Part shown: piece after piece, positions 13,205-24,829 of the stretch | Layout of the letters: every line of letters begins with the position of its first letter | Position numbering within the stretch: the first letter of the stretch is position 1 | From: Okamejei kenojei | Taxonomy: Eukaryota | DNA: 64,000 nt | Assembly (NCBI GenBank): GCA_035221665.1 | Contig: CM069143.1 | Span: forward strand, 13,764,001 to 13,828,000 | Direction: 5' to 3' | Made by a program: the position numbers and the translations under genes | The notes under the pieces: generated by a model | Told to the model about the DNA's origin: nothing | Databases searched by the model: none | What the model saw: the letters and a program-made list of their open reading frames with translations, nothing else

Positions 13205-13378
13205 TGTGTCTGGGTAAGACTGTCCTTACAGTCACCACTAGAGGGCCCCAAAATGTATGTTTTTCCTCGGAATGAGTCCGGGGCCATCTTTTGACAGCCA
13301 TTTTGTCTTGAAATAAACGCACTTACAGGCTTGGTACAACAAGTGTCCATTGTGAGTTATTAGCCGTCAAACACAACA
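13205..13378 (+). repeat. 5' LTR (174 bp)
   Basis: Starts tgtgtc, ends acaaca, has AATAAA at 13312, and matches 16346-16507. Confidence 0.92.
13232..13249 (+). promoter_or_regulatory. CTCF-like motif in LTR
   Basis: tcaCCACTAGAGGGCccc fits the CTCF core CCASYAGRKGGC; second copy at 16346-16363. Confidence 0.5.
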
Positions 13379-13380
13379 AC

Positions 13381-13391
13381 TGGCGGCGAGG
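13381..13391 (+). other. Primer binding site
   Basis: TGGCGGCGAGG 2 nt after the LTR end and immediately before the gag ATG. Confidence 0.85.
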
Positions 13392-14160
13392 ATGACTAAT
13401 TTAACTCTTGCTGCCCCATCTCCATTCTTGGAAAGTCTAGAAGAGCCTCCTGTACCATGGGCACGATGGTTTGAATGTTTCACCACATACTTGATCACAA
13501 GTGGCCTGGTCAGTGAGGCCATTTCAGACATTTGCCGCGGAGGGATCCTGCTGCGTTGCCTCGGAATGGAGAGACAGCGGATCTTCGCGCAGTTGGACAG
13601 TGCTGCAACGAGTGAGTACAGTAATGCTGTTACTGCACTTGGCAAATATTTTGGCCCAAAGAAAAGTGTGATGATAGAGAGATATTGTTTCTGTCAATGT
13701 TCACAGGGACATGGTGAATCAGTGAAGCAATTTGTTTCTTCATTGATAGAACTGGCTGGAAAGTGCAATTTTGGGGCACTGACTGATGAGTTGGTGAGAG
13801 ACCAGCTGATAGAAAAGACTTCTATCCCGCAGGTCAGTGAACACCTTCTAATGGAGGATGATGACCTCAAACTCGAAAAGGCACAAGAATTAGCCGTGCA
13901 AATTGAAAGTGTGATGCATGATGCCAAGGTGCTCAAACAACATTCGATGGCAAGCACTGAGGGAGCATCTAGTCATTCATCTCAACAGATGAACACAGCA
14001 CCAGTGCAGGGCATGCAGAGATAGTCAAAATACAATCGCTCAAACAAGCAGTGTCCGAATTGTGCCGGACACATGCTCCCAAGCAATGGCCAGCTTACGG
14101 TAAACAGTGCAACGCGTGTTCAAATCTGAATCACTTCGCGAAGGTCTGCCGGTCGTCGAA
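13392..14160 (+). pseudogene. gag: Gypsy gag remnant
   Basis: 210-aa ORF (PWARWFECF...ERYCFCQCSQGHGESVKQFVSSLIELAGKCNFG...VRDQLI); after a stop and frameshift, the CCHC knuckle CNACSNLNHFAKVC. Confidence 0.9.
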
Positions 14161-14259
14161 GAAGAAAGCGTCATTTGACCGCCATGTAGACGATGAATCT
14201 CCGGGTGGACACGACGTATACTCCATAAAGGACAGGGCTGACCAGGATGTCGGTCAATA

Positions 14260-15718
14260 GGTGCTTTCAAAGACTGCAGGGTCGAGATCGCTGGGACCTC
14301 GGTATCGCTTCTCATAGATACGGGGGTGAAGATTTCTATGTTAAGCGTAGATCTCTACAATAGGTATTTTTCGGACTACCCACTTGCTCTCCCGAGGGAC
14401 AGTCTTCGCTCTTATGATGGTCCAACCATACTCACGATAGAGCTAGTGACAGTTCCGGTTTGCTACAAAGGCGTCAAGCTCGATCGCTTCACATTCTACG
14501 CCACAGAAGGAAAGAGTCTGATGGGAGACAATTTGTTTGATCAACTAGGTTTCAAGCTTCAGGACTCAACCGGCATGAACATCAATGTGATCAGCGAAGC
14601 GGACTATGGGCATGAGTATCCTTTCCTTTTCTCTGGTTTTGGGGTATTTAAAGGGTACTGCCACACACCTCGTGTACATACATCAGTCCCGCCTGTTTCA
14701 CAATGCCTATGGCGTCTACCTTTTTTCATTCGCTAAGAAGTTTCAACGGAACTAAAGCGATTCGAAAATAATGGTATCATTGAAAGCATCGATTCATCCC
14801 CTTGGATATCGAATCTTGTCATTGTGCGACACAAGAACGGTGAACTCAAACTTTGCATTGATCTCAAATCGGTTAACAAAGCCATCATTCTGGACAAATA
14901 TCCTCTGCCAACAATACAAGAGCTATCTGCATCGTTCCACGGTTCAACGTTGTTCACAAAACAAGACATGCGCCGAAGCTACCTTCAGGTACCACTAGCA
15001 GAACGTAGTCTGCATTTGTCAGCATTCATCACACATGAAGGAGTATTTCAGTACCGTAGGATGCCGTATGGACTGTGCTCAGCGCCTAGCGCATTTCAAA
15101 AAAGTGTGGCGTCGGTTCTGGCAGGCATTGACAGAACACTCAACCGCCTCGACGATGTCGTTGTCCATGGCAGGAACAAGGAGGAACACGATCGACAACT
15201 GGATGCAATGTTAGCTCGTCTCATTCAACACAACTTGACGCTTAACGCAGCAAGGTGTACATTTGCAGCATCCGAGATTGACTTTCTCGGGTACAGAGTG
15301 ACGGCGACTGGAGTTGAGCCTACTCAGGACAATGTCCAAGCCATCAACGCGCTCCCCACCCCAAGTAACACCAAAGTGTTAGCTTTATTTCTGGGCACCA
15401 CCAACTTCTACCGCATGTTTGTGCCACATTATGAGCAGATCGCAAAACCGCTACAGAAGCTGCTATGGAAAGACAAACAGTGGGAATGGACATGTGAGCA
15501 GGACATCGCGTTCAACACGCTGAAAGACAAAATAGCATTTCTGCCTGTTCTCGTGCACTTCGACCCAAGTGCTGAAACGTACGTCACAACAGATGCTTCC
15601 AGTATCGCGATCGGAGCAGTGTTAGCACAGTGCATTGATGGAAGCGACCGACCGATCGCATTCGCGTCCCGTCCTTGACTGCAACCGAACGCAAGTACTC
15701 CACCGGGGAATGCGAAGC
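14260..15718 (+). pseudogene. pol: Gypsy pol remnant (protease, RT, partial RNase H)
   Basis: LLIDTG protease; LCIDLKSVN, YPLP, FQYRRMPYGLCSAPSAFQ and RLDD RT motifs; TDASSIAIGAVL...PIAFASR RNase H; stops and frameshifts. Confidence 0.93.
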
Positions 15719-16261
15719 CAAATCCAGATCCAGACACAAAAGGGAGGGCGGAAACGACAGCACACAGACAAGTGAAAAGGAAAATGTACTGTGATGCCAA
15801 ACGCAGAGTATGAGCACCGCGGTTCAAGGTCAGCGACTGGGTACGAATCAGCCGCCCAAACAGACGCCCAATACAGATCAAACAGAGACTCAGTAAGAAC
15901 GCGTACCTCCTCCAAGATGACACCAGATGGAATGCGAGGCGTCTCCTCGCAAGCAGACAGGGACAGGAAGAAGACGAACTGGACTCTTTTCCTTTCCCAA
16001 TATCCAGTCAAGACAGCGATCGCGGTCAGCATACAGCAGAGCAGCGCGGTCAGCATACAGCAGAGCAGCCAAATCCTGCTCGACGCTCTCAGCAACAGAA
16101 GAGGAGACCTCCGTATCTGCAAGATTTTCAGCTGTGAACCCATAAGCCATTATATTCATTGAGCAGTTATTTTATTACTAGCGGACATGGAATTTGAAAG
16201 AACTGATTTCATATGGACATATTTGATTGGATAACTGGACCAAAATGATCATCTTCATTTA

Positions 16262-16274
16262 CAAGGAGGGGAAG
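16262..16274 (+). other. Polypurine tract (displaced from the 3' LTR)
   Basis: aaggaggggaag after an AT-rich 3' UTR. Confidence 0.7.
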
Positions 16275-16345
16275 CATTAGCATGCATCTACGCGTGTGAA
16301 CACTGGCACACACCTATATGGGAGACCATTCACTCTCCATACGGA

Positions 16346-16507
16346 TCACCACTAGAGGGCTCTGCCCCGAAATGTATGTTTTACCTCGGAATGAGTCCGG
16401 GGCCATCTTGACTAATTTTGACACAGCCATTTTGTCTTGAAATAAACTCACTTGCAGGCTCGGTACAACAAGTGTCCATTGTGAGTTATTAGCCGTCAAA
16501 CACAGCA
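16346..16507 (+). repeat. 3' LTR, missing the first 27 bp
   Basis: Aligns to 13232-13378 with a few substitutions and small indels; ends cacagca followed by the TSD. Confidence 0.92.
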
Positions 16508-17424
16508 GCCTCCAACTTGAACCTCATGGGTTCCAGCTCCAGTTCCCCACCGCCCAGTTCGGACCCAACCCGGACTATAAATACCAACAGGCTATCTGCC
16601 ACTTTACACGGCAGTTCTCCTTCCGTACCCTGTGATCTACTCTGGCTGCGATGCGCCGGCAACAGCAGGACCTCGCTTTGACTCTCCCGAAACTTCAGGC
16701 CTCACTCACCCAGACCTGCAACGGATCCCAACACTACTTCATCGAACGGCAGATCCACGCCTTCAACAAACGATTCCTTGCCCACTTGAACTCCACCAAT
16801 GATCGTAAACTCGCCCACCTCCAGACCGCTCCTGCCACCAGTCGCTCTGCGACTCAACCACCTGCAGGCCCTGGGCCCCAACGCTGGCCCACGCCGAATG
16901 CTCAAACACAACCAGACCCAGTCCTGCGACGCCATCTTTGCCACAAGGAGCAGCACCAACACTCACCGCCTTCCTGACCGATCTCAGGCCCGGACTACTA
17001 AATACGCTGCCGTCACTGACCTCCACAAGGCCGCTGCCGCCAACCTTCACCTACCCATCGATGACACCGAACCTCGCTGCCTCACTGGTACCTCCGCCAC
17101 ACCAATGCCAACCCTCGCTGCCTCATCTTACCTCCAACTATCGCCGCCTCACCGGGACCGCCGACCCTTGCCGCCTCACCAGTCTTTTGCTCACCAGGAA
17201 TTCCGACGCTTCGCCCGCTAACTCCACTCCCCACAGGCCTCCACCAGTGACTCCACCAACCCTCGGAACTCCTCCGCCCACCAGCGGGCTGCAGCCTAAG
17301 TCCCAGGCTCAGCACCGAGCCTGAAGTCTCCACACTGCAAACTCTCACACCACGGGTCTGACTGTGCTGGGTCCTAGTGCTCCTCTCACGCTTTTCGTCT
17401 CCTCCATGACTTCCGTTTTCCAGA

Positions 17425-17860
17425 CCCCACTCCCTCATCTTCAACATGGGTGTCCAGTCACTCTACACCTCCATCCCCCACCAGGAGGGTCTTAAAGCCC
17501 TCAGTTTATTCCTTGATCGCAGAACCAACCAATCCCCATCTGCCAATACATTTCTTCGGCTAGTGGAACTGGTCTTTACCCTCAACAACTTTTCCTTTGA
17601 CTCCTCCCATTTCCTCCAAATCCAAGGCGTAGCTATGGGCACGTGCATGGGCCCCAGCTATGCCTGCCTCTTTGTAGGGTACGTCGAACAATCCTTGTTC
17701 GAGGCGTACCATTGCCCTATCCCCAAACTCTACCTCCACTTCATTCACAACTGATTTGATGCTACCTCCTGCACCCATGCAGAACTCGCTGACTTCAGCC
17801 ATTTCACCACTAACTTTCATCCGGCACTCAAGTTCACCTGGACCATTTCCGACGTCTCCC
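17425..17860 (+). pseudogene. Penelope-type reverse transcriptase remnant
   Basis: VQSLYTSIPH, NNFSF, QIQGVAMGTCMGPSYACLF, degenerate YIDD (FIHN then stop), HPALKFT. Confidence 0.9.
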
Positions 17861-18784
17861 TGCGGTATGAACATTGACCTCCAATTTCAGGTAGTCCTTG
17901 CTTTCTCCCTCCTTCCCCACCCCTTCCCAGCTCTCCCACAGCCTACTGCCTCCGCCCCCACCCCACATCACTCTGAAGAAAGGTCTCGATCCAAAACATC
18001 ACCTCCATAGATGCTGCCTCACCAGCTGAGTTTCTCCAGCATTTTTGTCCACTTAGTTTCTAGTATTTCCCGACCACTAACTTCTCTGCTTTTTTCTGAA
18101 ATAATTGAACATAAGTTGAGCTTCAACTTTTACTTTGTTTTCTGCCTCTACTCCTACCTTACTTTATCCTCTAATATCCTTATCCGCTCCAAGTGGCAAA
18201 ATGTTGATCATCTTTGAGTTTATGATACTATGTTGAATCCTGATTTCACTGTACCTCAGACTTGCACTTCTGATCCATATGATAAACAGACATAGAATGG
18301 CATATTGGTGCAGCCATGGTTCCAATGACTGACTCTATCCTGACCTCTATTGCTGAATGTTTGAGGGCGCACCTCTGTATGTATTAATGATAAATTCTCG
18401 GAGGAGGTGATGGATATAGTTCAAGGGATAAATAGTGTGGGATTGTTAATTCTGTGAGACTCAATGGACTGAAATGGCCCTTGCCCATGTCATAAGGTAA
18501 TATGTGGAAACACCTTTTGAAGCTCATTCATTAATTTCTGTAATCTCGCCAGTTCTACAGCTCCTTCCCACTGAACACTGCATTTCTCTCACCTCAATAT
18601 TTTTGTGTATTCCTCTCCCCTGTCCAGATCTCTACTAACTGTGATCTAGGTTCCGCACACAGAAATTCTAACGATGTTTCACTTGACCTAGAAGAACATT
18701 CTTCAAATCCACTACTTTGTTTATCCTTTCCAATAATCACCTTGGCTTGATAAATCACAATGAAGCTCATCAAGGTGTTTGTAA

Positions 18785-18978
18785 AGGGCCTGTCCCATTT
18801 GGGCGCCACTTGCACATCATTTACATGACATCATTTACGCGTCACGACGCACGACATGCGCATTATGACGTAGGTAGTGATGCGCAGTCGTGTGCGGCGC
18901 CCCAGGATTTTGGGATGTACAAAATCTTTGCCCGCCATCTGCATGATGCGCAAATGACGTCCAAGTGGGACTGGCCCT
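18785..18978. mobile_element. Harbinger/Tourist-type MITE
   Basis: TIRs agggcctgtcccattt / aagtgggactggccct, perfect TAA TSD (18782-18784, 18979-18981), CpG-rich interior. Confidence 0.9.
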
Positions 18979-19302
18979 TAACGGACCATTTGATATGTCT
19001 TGCCAACTAGGAAAAAGATTCATTTATGCCTACTCTTTTTTTCTGTTAGCCAGATGAACAAGGGTGTTCATTTTTGTTAAGAGTATTTACATACATGTGT
19101 ACATGTGAATTAGGAGCATGAGTGGACCATATGGCTTCTCAAGCATGCTCCCCAAATCATTATTCAACAAGATCATGATTGATCTGATCGCAACCGTGAC
19201 TCAACACCTATTTGTCTGTGGTAATTTTCCACTCATTTGCCTATTATGTTTCTAACCACCACTGCCTTAAAATATTTGCTTCCTCTACCTTGTCAGGAAG
19301 AG

Positions 19303-19391
19303 AAGAGTCCCGACTCGAAATGTCACACATTCCTTCTCCCCAGAGACGCTGCCTGTCCAGCTGAGTTACTCCAGGATTTTGTGCCTATCTA
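19303..19391 (+). mobile_element. Penelope-like pLTR fragment
   Basis: Degenerate pLTR flanked by TSD TCAGGAAGAG (19293-19302, 19392-19401), inside an old minus-strand CR1 tail. Confidence 0.75.
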
Positions 19392-19686
19392 TCAGGAAGA
19401 GTTCTGAAGACTCTCAACCATTTCAGTCAACAGTTTCAACTCATGTCTTTATTAATGAACAACCTATCCTATTTAGGCAGTTATATCTTCCAACTTTGTA
19501 CACCATTTGTGTCTTTTTTTCCCCACCCACTTACCCTTTATGTCCTCTTTACAATTTACTTTTCTAGTCTGTGTGTCATTGGAAAATTTAGCAATTGTGT
19601 CTTCAGTATCACAATCCAAGTACTTACATAATTTGTAATAAGTTGAGGTTTTATTTTCCACAATAACCTATTGCATGTTTATTGGA

Positions 19687-19983
19687 AATAGAAACATAGA
19701 AACATAGAAAAAAGGTGCAGGAGCAGGCCATTCGGCCCTTCGAGCCTGCACTGCCATTCAATATGGTCATAGCTGATCATCCAACTCAGTATCCTGTACC
19801 TGCCTTCTCTCCATACCCCCTGATCCCTTTAGCCACAAGGGCCACATCTAACTCCCTCTTAAATATAGCCAATGAACTGGCCTCAACTATCTTCTGTGGC
19901 AGAGAATTCCACAGATTCACCACTCTCTGTGTGAAAAATGTTTTTCTCATCTCGGTCCTAAAAGACTTCCCCTTTATCTTTAA
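19687..19983 (-). mobile_element. Young CR1 LINE 3' end
   Basis: (tagaaaca)n tail, ggccattcggccc, gaattccacagattcaccactctctg. Confidence 0.88.
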
Positions 19984-22599
19984 AATCCAATACTTTGTTT
20001 ATCCTTTCCAATAATCACCTTGGCTTGATAAATCACAATGAAGCTCATCAAGGTGTTTGTAAACGGCCTGTCCCACTTAGGCGCCACCTGCGCGTCATTT
20101 ACGTGACTCCATTTACGCGTCACAAGTATAAATACAAGTAGGAATTAATAAAAACAACCTTATTTGAGATCTTGACACTGATGGCAAGCCCATCATTTAC
20201 TACCCATCCATGCATCCATCTGTAAATCTTACTACACCCACCAGTTCCCCTTTATCCACACCGCATGTTACTTTCTTCAAATAAACCGAATAAATTCACT
20301 TTCGCAAAGCCATGTTGACTTTGCTTGAATATCTTGAATCCTTCCAAGTGCCCTGTTTCAACATCTTTAAATAGTAATAACATTTTCACCATGACTTATA
20401 CAAGGCACAGGCTGTGCAACCAATAGTTGGGAGAATTAAAACTTTGAAGATCATAATTCCACTTTCTGTCCGTTCTTCACAAGGATTGTCTTTTTGAAGA
20501 ATGAGTACTGCTTAACAAGGTTCCCTGTTGGCATTTTTCTCCTCAGAGTGCAGGGGGAGACGGAATCAAAGTCATCAGATCATGTTAATAGTTTTGCGTT
20601 GCCAAGTTCACTCTCTGAAAGTTTTTTTTTTGTGTATCTATAGTGAGGCAGGATTACCAGTATTAACAAGATGGACCTCCATGCTTAACATCAGAAAAGC
20701 AAGAGCAATTGCAACTGCACTACACAGAATACTGATGACAAAGCATCATTCACTATTAAAACTTTTTTTGGCTGCACTTTTCTTAGATCATTGTGCCTTG
20801 TTGCTGGGTTCAGCAATGAGCTGTGGGAATTCAATGGCTTTGTGACAGGCAACCACAAACAATTTAAGAAAAATTGCTTTTTGTGCCACTGTCTATCAGT
20901 GAGGTCAGTTTTACAAAGGCTAGTTGTTGTTAGTTATATCTTATAGAATCATGTTGTTGGGTACTTAACATTTTTAATTTAAAGATACAATATTCAAACG
21001 GCATTGCTCCTTTAATTTGTTCTTGCCATTTCAAATGATGAGTAGACCACAGAACTGGCAAGACATGGAGAAACCTTAACTCTGTAAATGCCCACAATAT
21101 GTCTGTGTTTTTGTACAGTCTGTCACATGTTGCACACCAACAGAAGTACATTGCTGTCACCATAATGTTAAATTATTTCTGATTCTTGTGTCTACCAATT
21201 ATCTGAGGTCATTATACATATTCCTAAAATAGCTACTGTTCTGTGATTCGCATGACAAGCATTCCAAGTGAAAATCTCGAAGTCTCATGAATCTACTTAC
21301 TGTACAGCATATTGAAGGGAACCGCAGTTGAACTGAGCTGGCTGTTGATTTATGAACTTTACTCCCAATGTGCTATCACTCTAAGCTTAAGCTAATTGAA
21401 GGAAGGAATATTTATATTTTGTGACTAGCCAATTTGTTTTGAAGTAATCAGGCCACCAGTCTGCAGTGTTGTGTAGGCAATTACTGAGGTTTTAACTGGT
21501 AGCTTTTAATGTAAAAAAAGATATGTTATGCTATGTACGTATTTATGATATCTTCATAAATCAAAAAACATTGACGTCCCTCCATGAAGCATTTTAATAT
21601 CTGAAAATATCCCTACATCTGAATTGATAGCTCTGTCAACCTTTCTGCTGAAAATGTTTTCTATTTCACTCAGTAATAACATTGCTTTAGATTATTTAAT
21701 CTCCACAGTTCGACCTAAACCCTTTACTGAAGTTCTATTATTCTAAAATCAAGAATACGACCAGGTAATGCAGCACCGTAGAAGAAATCCAATCTAAGTT
21801 GTAGGGCCATCATGCATAAGTGTTGGTCCAATCCCACAACATATTTCCCTTTATTTGCACTAGATCAATAAGATTTTTTCTCCAAAACTTAATTTCACAC
21901 CTCTACATTAAATCAGTTTAGCCATCTATTTGTCCATTATGTTACAATATGTATGGGTGGAAATTTAATTACGCAGTACATTTTTTTCATACACTGTATG
22001 ACTGATTTATACCATAAGATCAATATAAAAGCATAGTTACAATCTGGATACTGTCCTAAGGATTTTGTATGTATAGTGTGCATGCACATATGAAATACTT
22101 TGTGTGCAGGGGTGCAATTAATCCTCATTGAATGCCCAATAATTTCTCCCCCATGAAATGAATGCATGTATATACAATTTTCATTGAATAATATAAATGC
22201 AGATGTAATCAGCAGGAAGAACCCCTGTACTTGTATTAGTTCAATGGATCAACAAAAACTTGCAAGTTGGCCAGGAGCTGAGCTTGGTAGAACAAAGCAA
22301 CCAAAATATTGCAATGGAGACTGGCTTATTTTGCTGCAGATATTGGAGTGTTTTATAGTGATCTCTCCAATCATACAAAGGGGAAAGTTGAGCAAGCAAA
22401 AATTATCAGATAGAAAGAGATAGAAGAGCTCAGGTTTGGTGTGACCTGTCCCTAAAGGCCTTCTGGACACACTCCATCCCTGAGTAGAATGTTGTAAAAA
22501 CTAAAAAAAACACAGATCCTGGAAATCTGTTTTTATTTACAAAGTGATTGCCTGGCCTGCTGAGTAGTTATCCCACTAGCGAAGGCAGCAGTGACAATC

Positions 22600-23075
22600 C
22601 AGATGCCGAGTTCTGGCCATAGACTCGGGCCTGAGTTGATGCACCTTTGGTGATGAAGGTTATTGTCACCTTGCATCATTTAGCAGATGTTGGGAGCTGA
22701 TTCACGCACTGTTTCATAGTCTGCAGCTTGCTTATGAATGCCAGGGTCTTTCTATAGGAAAGGGGAGCTCATCTACCTCTCCTCAAGCAGAGCACAGCAG
22801 GTGTCCATAAGGTTCACAAAATGGTAGACAAAAAAAAAAATGCTCAGTGGATCAGACAGCATCTGTGAAGAGAGCAACATAAATTATATTCCACGTTAAT
22901 GTTTCTCTATGCACTTTTGCTGGCTGACCTGACTATTTCCAGCATTTTCTTTGTTTTATTCCAGGTACTGCTAGATTGCACTCACAAGGCTCCGCACATA
23001 AACCCACAAGGGCTATCTCTCCCTGAATGCACAGACTATGCACAATAACCAGCAAATTACCGTGTTGCAGCCATC
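22600..23075 (+). pseudogene. Ancient Harbinger transposase fossil, split by a PLE remnant (about 22825-22960)
   Basis: Piecewise translation APLVMKVIVTL (22641), LLDCTHKAP (about 22968), KGYLSLNAQ (23008) resembles HARBI1-family AIDCTH and KGxHSxNVQ motifs. Confidence 0.6.
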
Positions 23076-23532
23076 ACAGTGAACAAGCAGATGCATCTTG
23101 GTGGAACTAATTTGTCCCCATCCAACCTAGGATTCTCACTCCAAGTCTTCCTTCTGGAGAGGACACGATAACCTCGGCCGTGGGACACATAAAAGCTTTA
23201 TGTCATTAATATCCGTGAGATCTTTGCACTACTTAGTTTTGTTGCATTCTCTACATTTTGGCCTTCATGAAGACAGACATTGTATGGCAGCAGCTGGAGG
23301 ACAACAGACTCTTCATTGTGTGTCTGAACATCTTGATATCGATCTTAAAATTTCAAAGTGAAAATGATTTCTTCATCTATGGAATTTTTTTTCCAGTCAA
23401 CAATTCCTCTATTTACCATAAACTTTGCTGATTATTCGCCAGTCAATGTGCGAGGCCTGTGAAGTCAGGATATTCCCCTTCATCACTCTGCAATGAATGT
23501 TAAAGGCTTCTGAGAAAAGCAAGCTCCAAGAT

Positions 23533-23842
23533 CTAGTTTAGTTTATTGCTTATTGTCATGTGTACCTAGGTGAAAAGCTTTTGTTGCGTGCTAACCAGTC
23601 AGCGGAAAGACAATATATGATTACATTCGAGCCATTCACAGTGTACAGATACAAGATGATGGAATTACATTAGTGCAAGTTAAAGCAGATAAAGTCCAAT
23701 TAAAGATAGTCGATGGGTCTCCAATAAGGTAGATAGTAGTTCAGGACTGCTCTCCAGTTGTGGAAGGATGGCTCAGTTTCTTCTCCACCTGATACCCGCA
23801 GAGAAGAAACTGTCCCTGAATCTGGAGATGTGCGTTTTACAT
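23533..23842 (-). mobile_element. Rex1/Babar-like LINE 3' end
   Basis: Homologous to 3801 and 46640 copies; (tagtt)n tail. Confidence 0.75.
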
Positions 23843-24829
23843 TGATTTCAAAATTTATATATCATGTATTCTCCGATATCATGTATTCTCCGAAAATGAG
23901 TGATCAACGCCAGTGCTATAAAGACATGTTGAAGAATTGTAAGATGCTCTTTGGAAAGACGTGGTTCAGACAGATGGTAAATAATGTGCAACAGTTAGCG
24001 ATCAGCTTTGAGTTACTACTTAGTGCCAAAATGGACAGAGATCTTGACAGGTCTCCTTTTCTGGGGGTGTGATTTCTGTGCTAGACAGTATCCTGTACAT
24101 TCTGACCTGTATGGTCACTGATAGAATTATCTGCGATGAACATATGCTCCATTCCTTTTTTGCTCCCGGTATGAGAGATCCACTACTATTAAGACATCTA
24201 TTTTCATGACTAACAACACCACTTGGTACCGGCAGCAAATTGAGACATCCAGGCAGATGTCTCTATTGCATTTGTTGGAATAATTACCAGTGAGCTGTTA
24301 TTTACCATGCCCTGTCAATTATGTGTTTTGTGTCATTGATAAGCTACCTATACACGCGTAATATTACAAACATCAATGCAAATTGAATAAAACCTCTCCC
24401 AGGTAAAATGTGCAATACATTTGCCGGAAGCTCTGTGATATTATTGAGTGAGAAGGAATGTTTATATTTCCAGTGCATTGCACTGCAGAATGATTTCCAC
24501 ATGGATTTCAAAGTTTATATATCATGTACTCTCCGATATTAGCTGTTGTGAAATGACTAATTTTATACAATCAAATTTGTCACTGAGTTTTTCTGAGCCA
24601 AATAATAAGATTAAGAAATTAAAATATGTGTTGGCATCAGGTGGATGTTTACTACATCTAAAAACTGGATGAATTCCCAGACACAGTTGAAAACCAGTTA
24701 GCATTTGCTCTGTAAAACAAAGGACTGTATCCATTTACTTTGTGTTAGCGTACCATGGTGAGTTGTTATTAAATGTACTGATAAATGTTGAATCGAGAAT
24801 GGCTTCTTCCATACTGCTGTCATACTCCT

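Larger units (their letters stand above)
13205..16507 (+). mobile_element. Gypsy/Ty3 LTR retrotransposon (defective)
   Basis: TG...CA termini, 5-bp TSD GCCTC (13200-13204, 16508-16512), PBS, gag-PR-RT-RNase H remnants, PPT; integrase core absent. Confidence 0.95.
12750..18050 (+). mobile_element. Near-full-span, internally deleted Penelope-like element interrupted by a Gypsy element
   Basis: Direct pLTRs at about 12750-13005 and 17863-18050. The ORF starts at ATG 13039 (MPTLKKFSSSLRRQF), resumes after 16512 (LQLEPHGFQLQF...), and has RT motifs at 17425-17860. Confidence 0.88.

Noticed and set aside
13392-14024. 210-aa open gag frame as a domesticated gene
   Set aside because: It stops before the zinc knuckle, sits in an ordinary TSD-flanked provirus, and shows CpG-decay-type substitutions (Arg to Cys/His) at usually conserved positions
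16021-16068. 24-bp tandem duplication cgcggtcagcatacagcagagcag
   Set aside because: Ordinary slippage repeat in the low-complexity Gypsy pol tail
22950-22970. Splice-acceptor-like ttgttttattccag
   Set aside because: It is the end of a degenerate PLE arm and leads into a decayed transposase, not an exon
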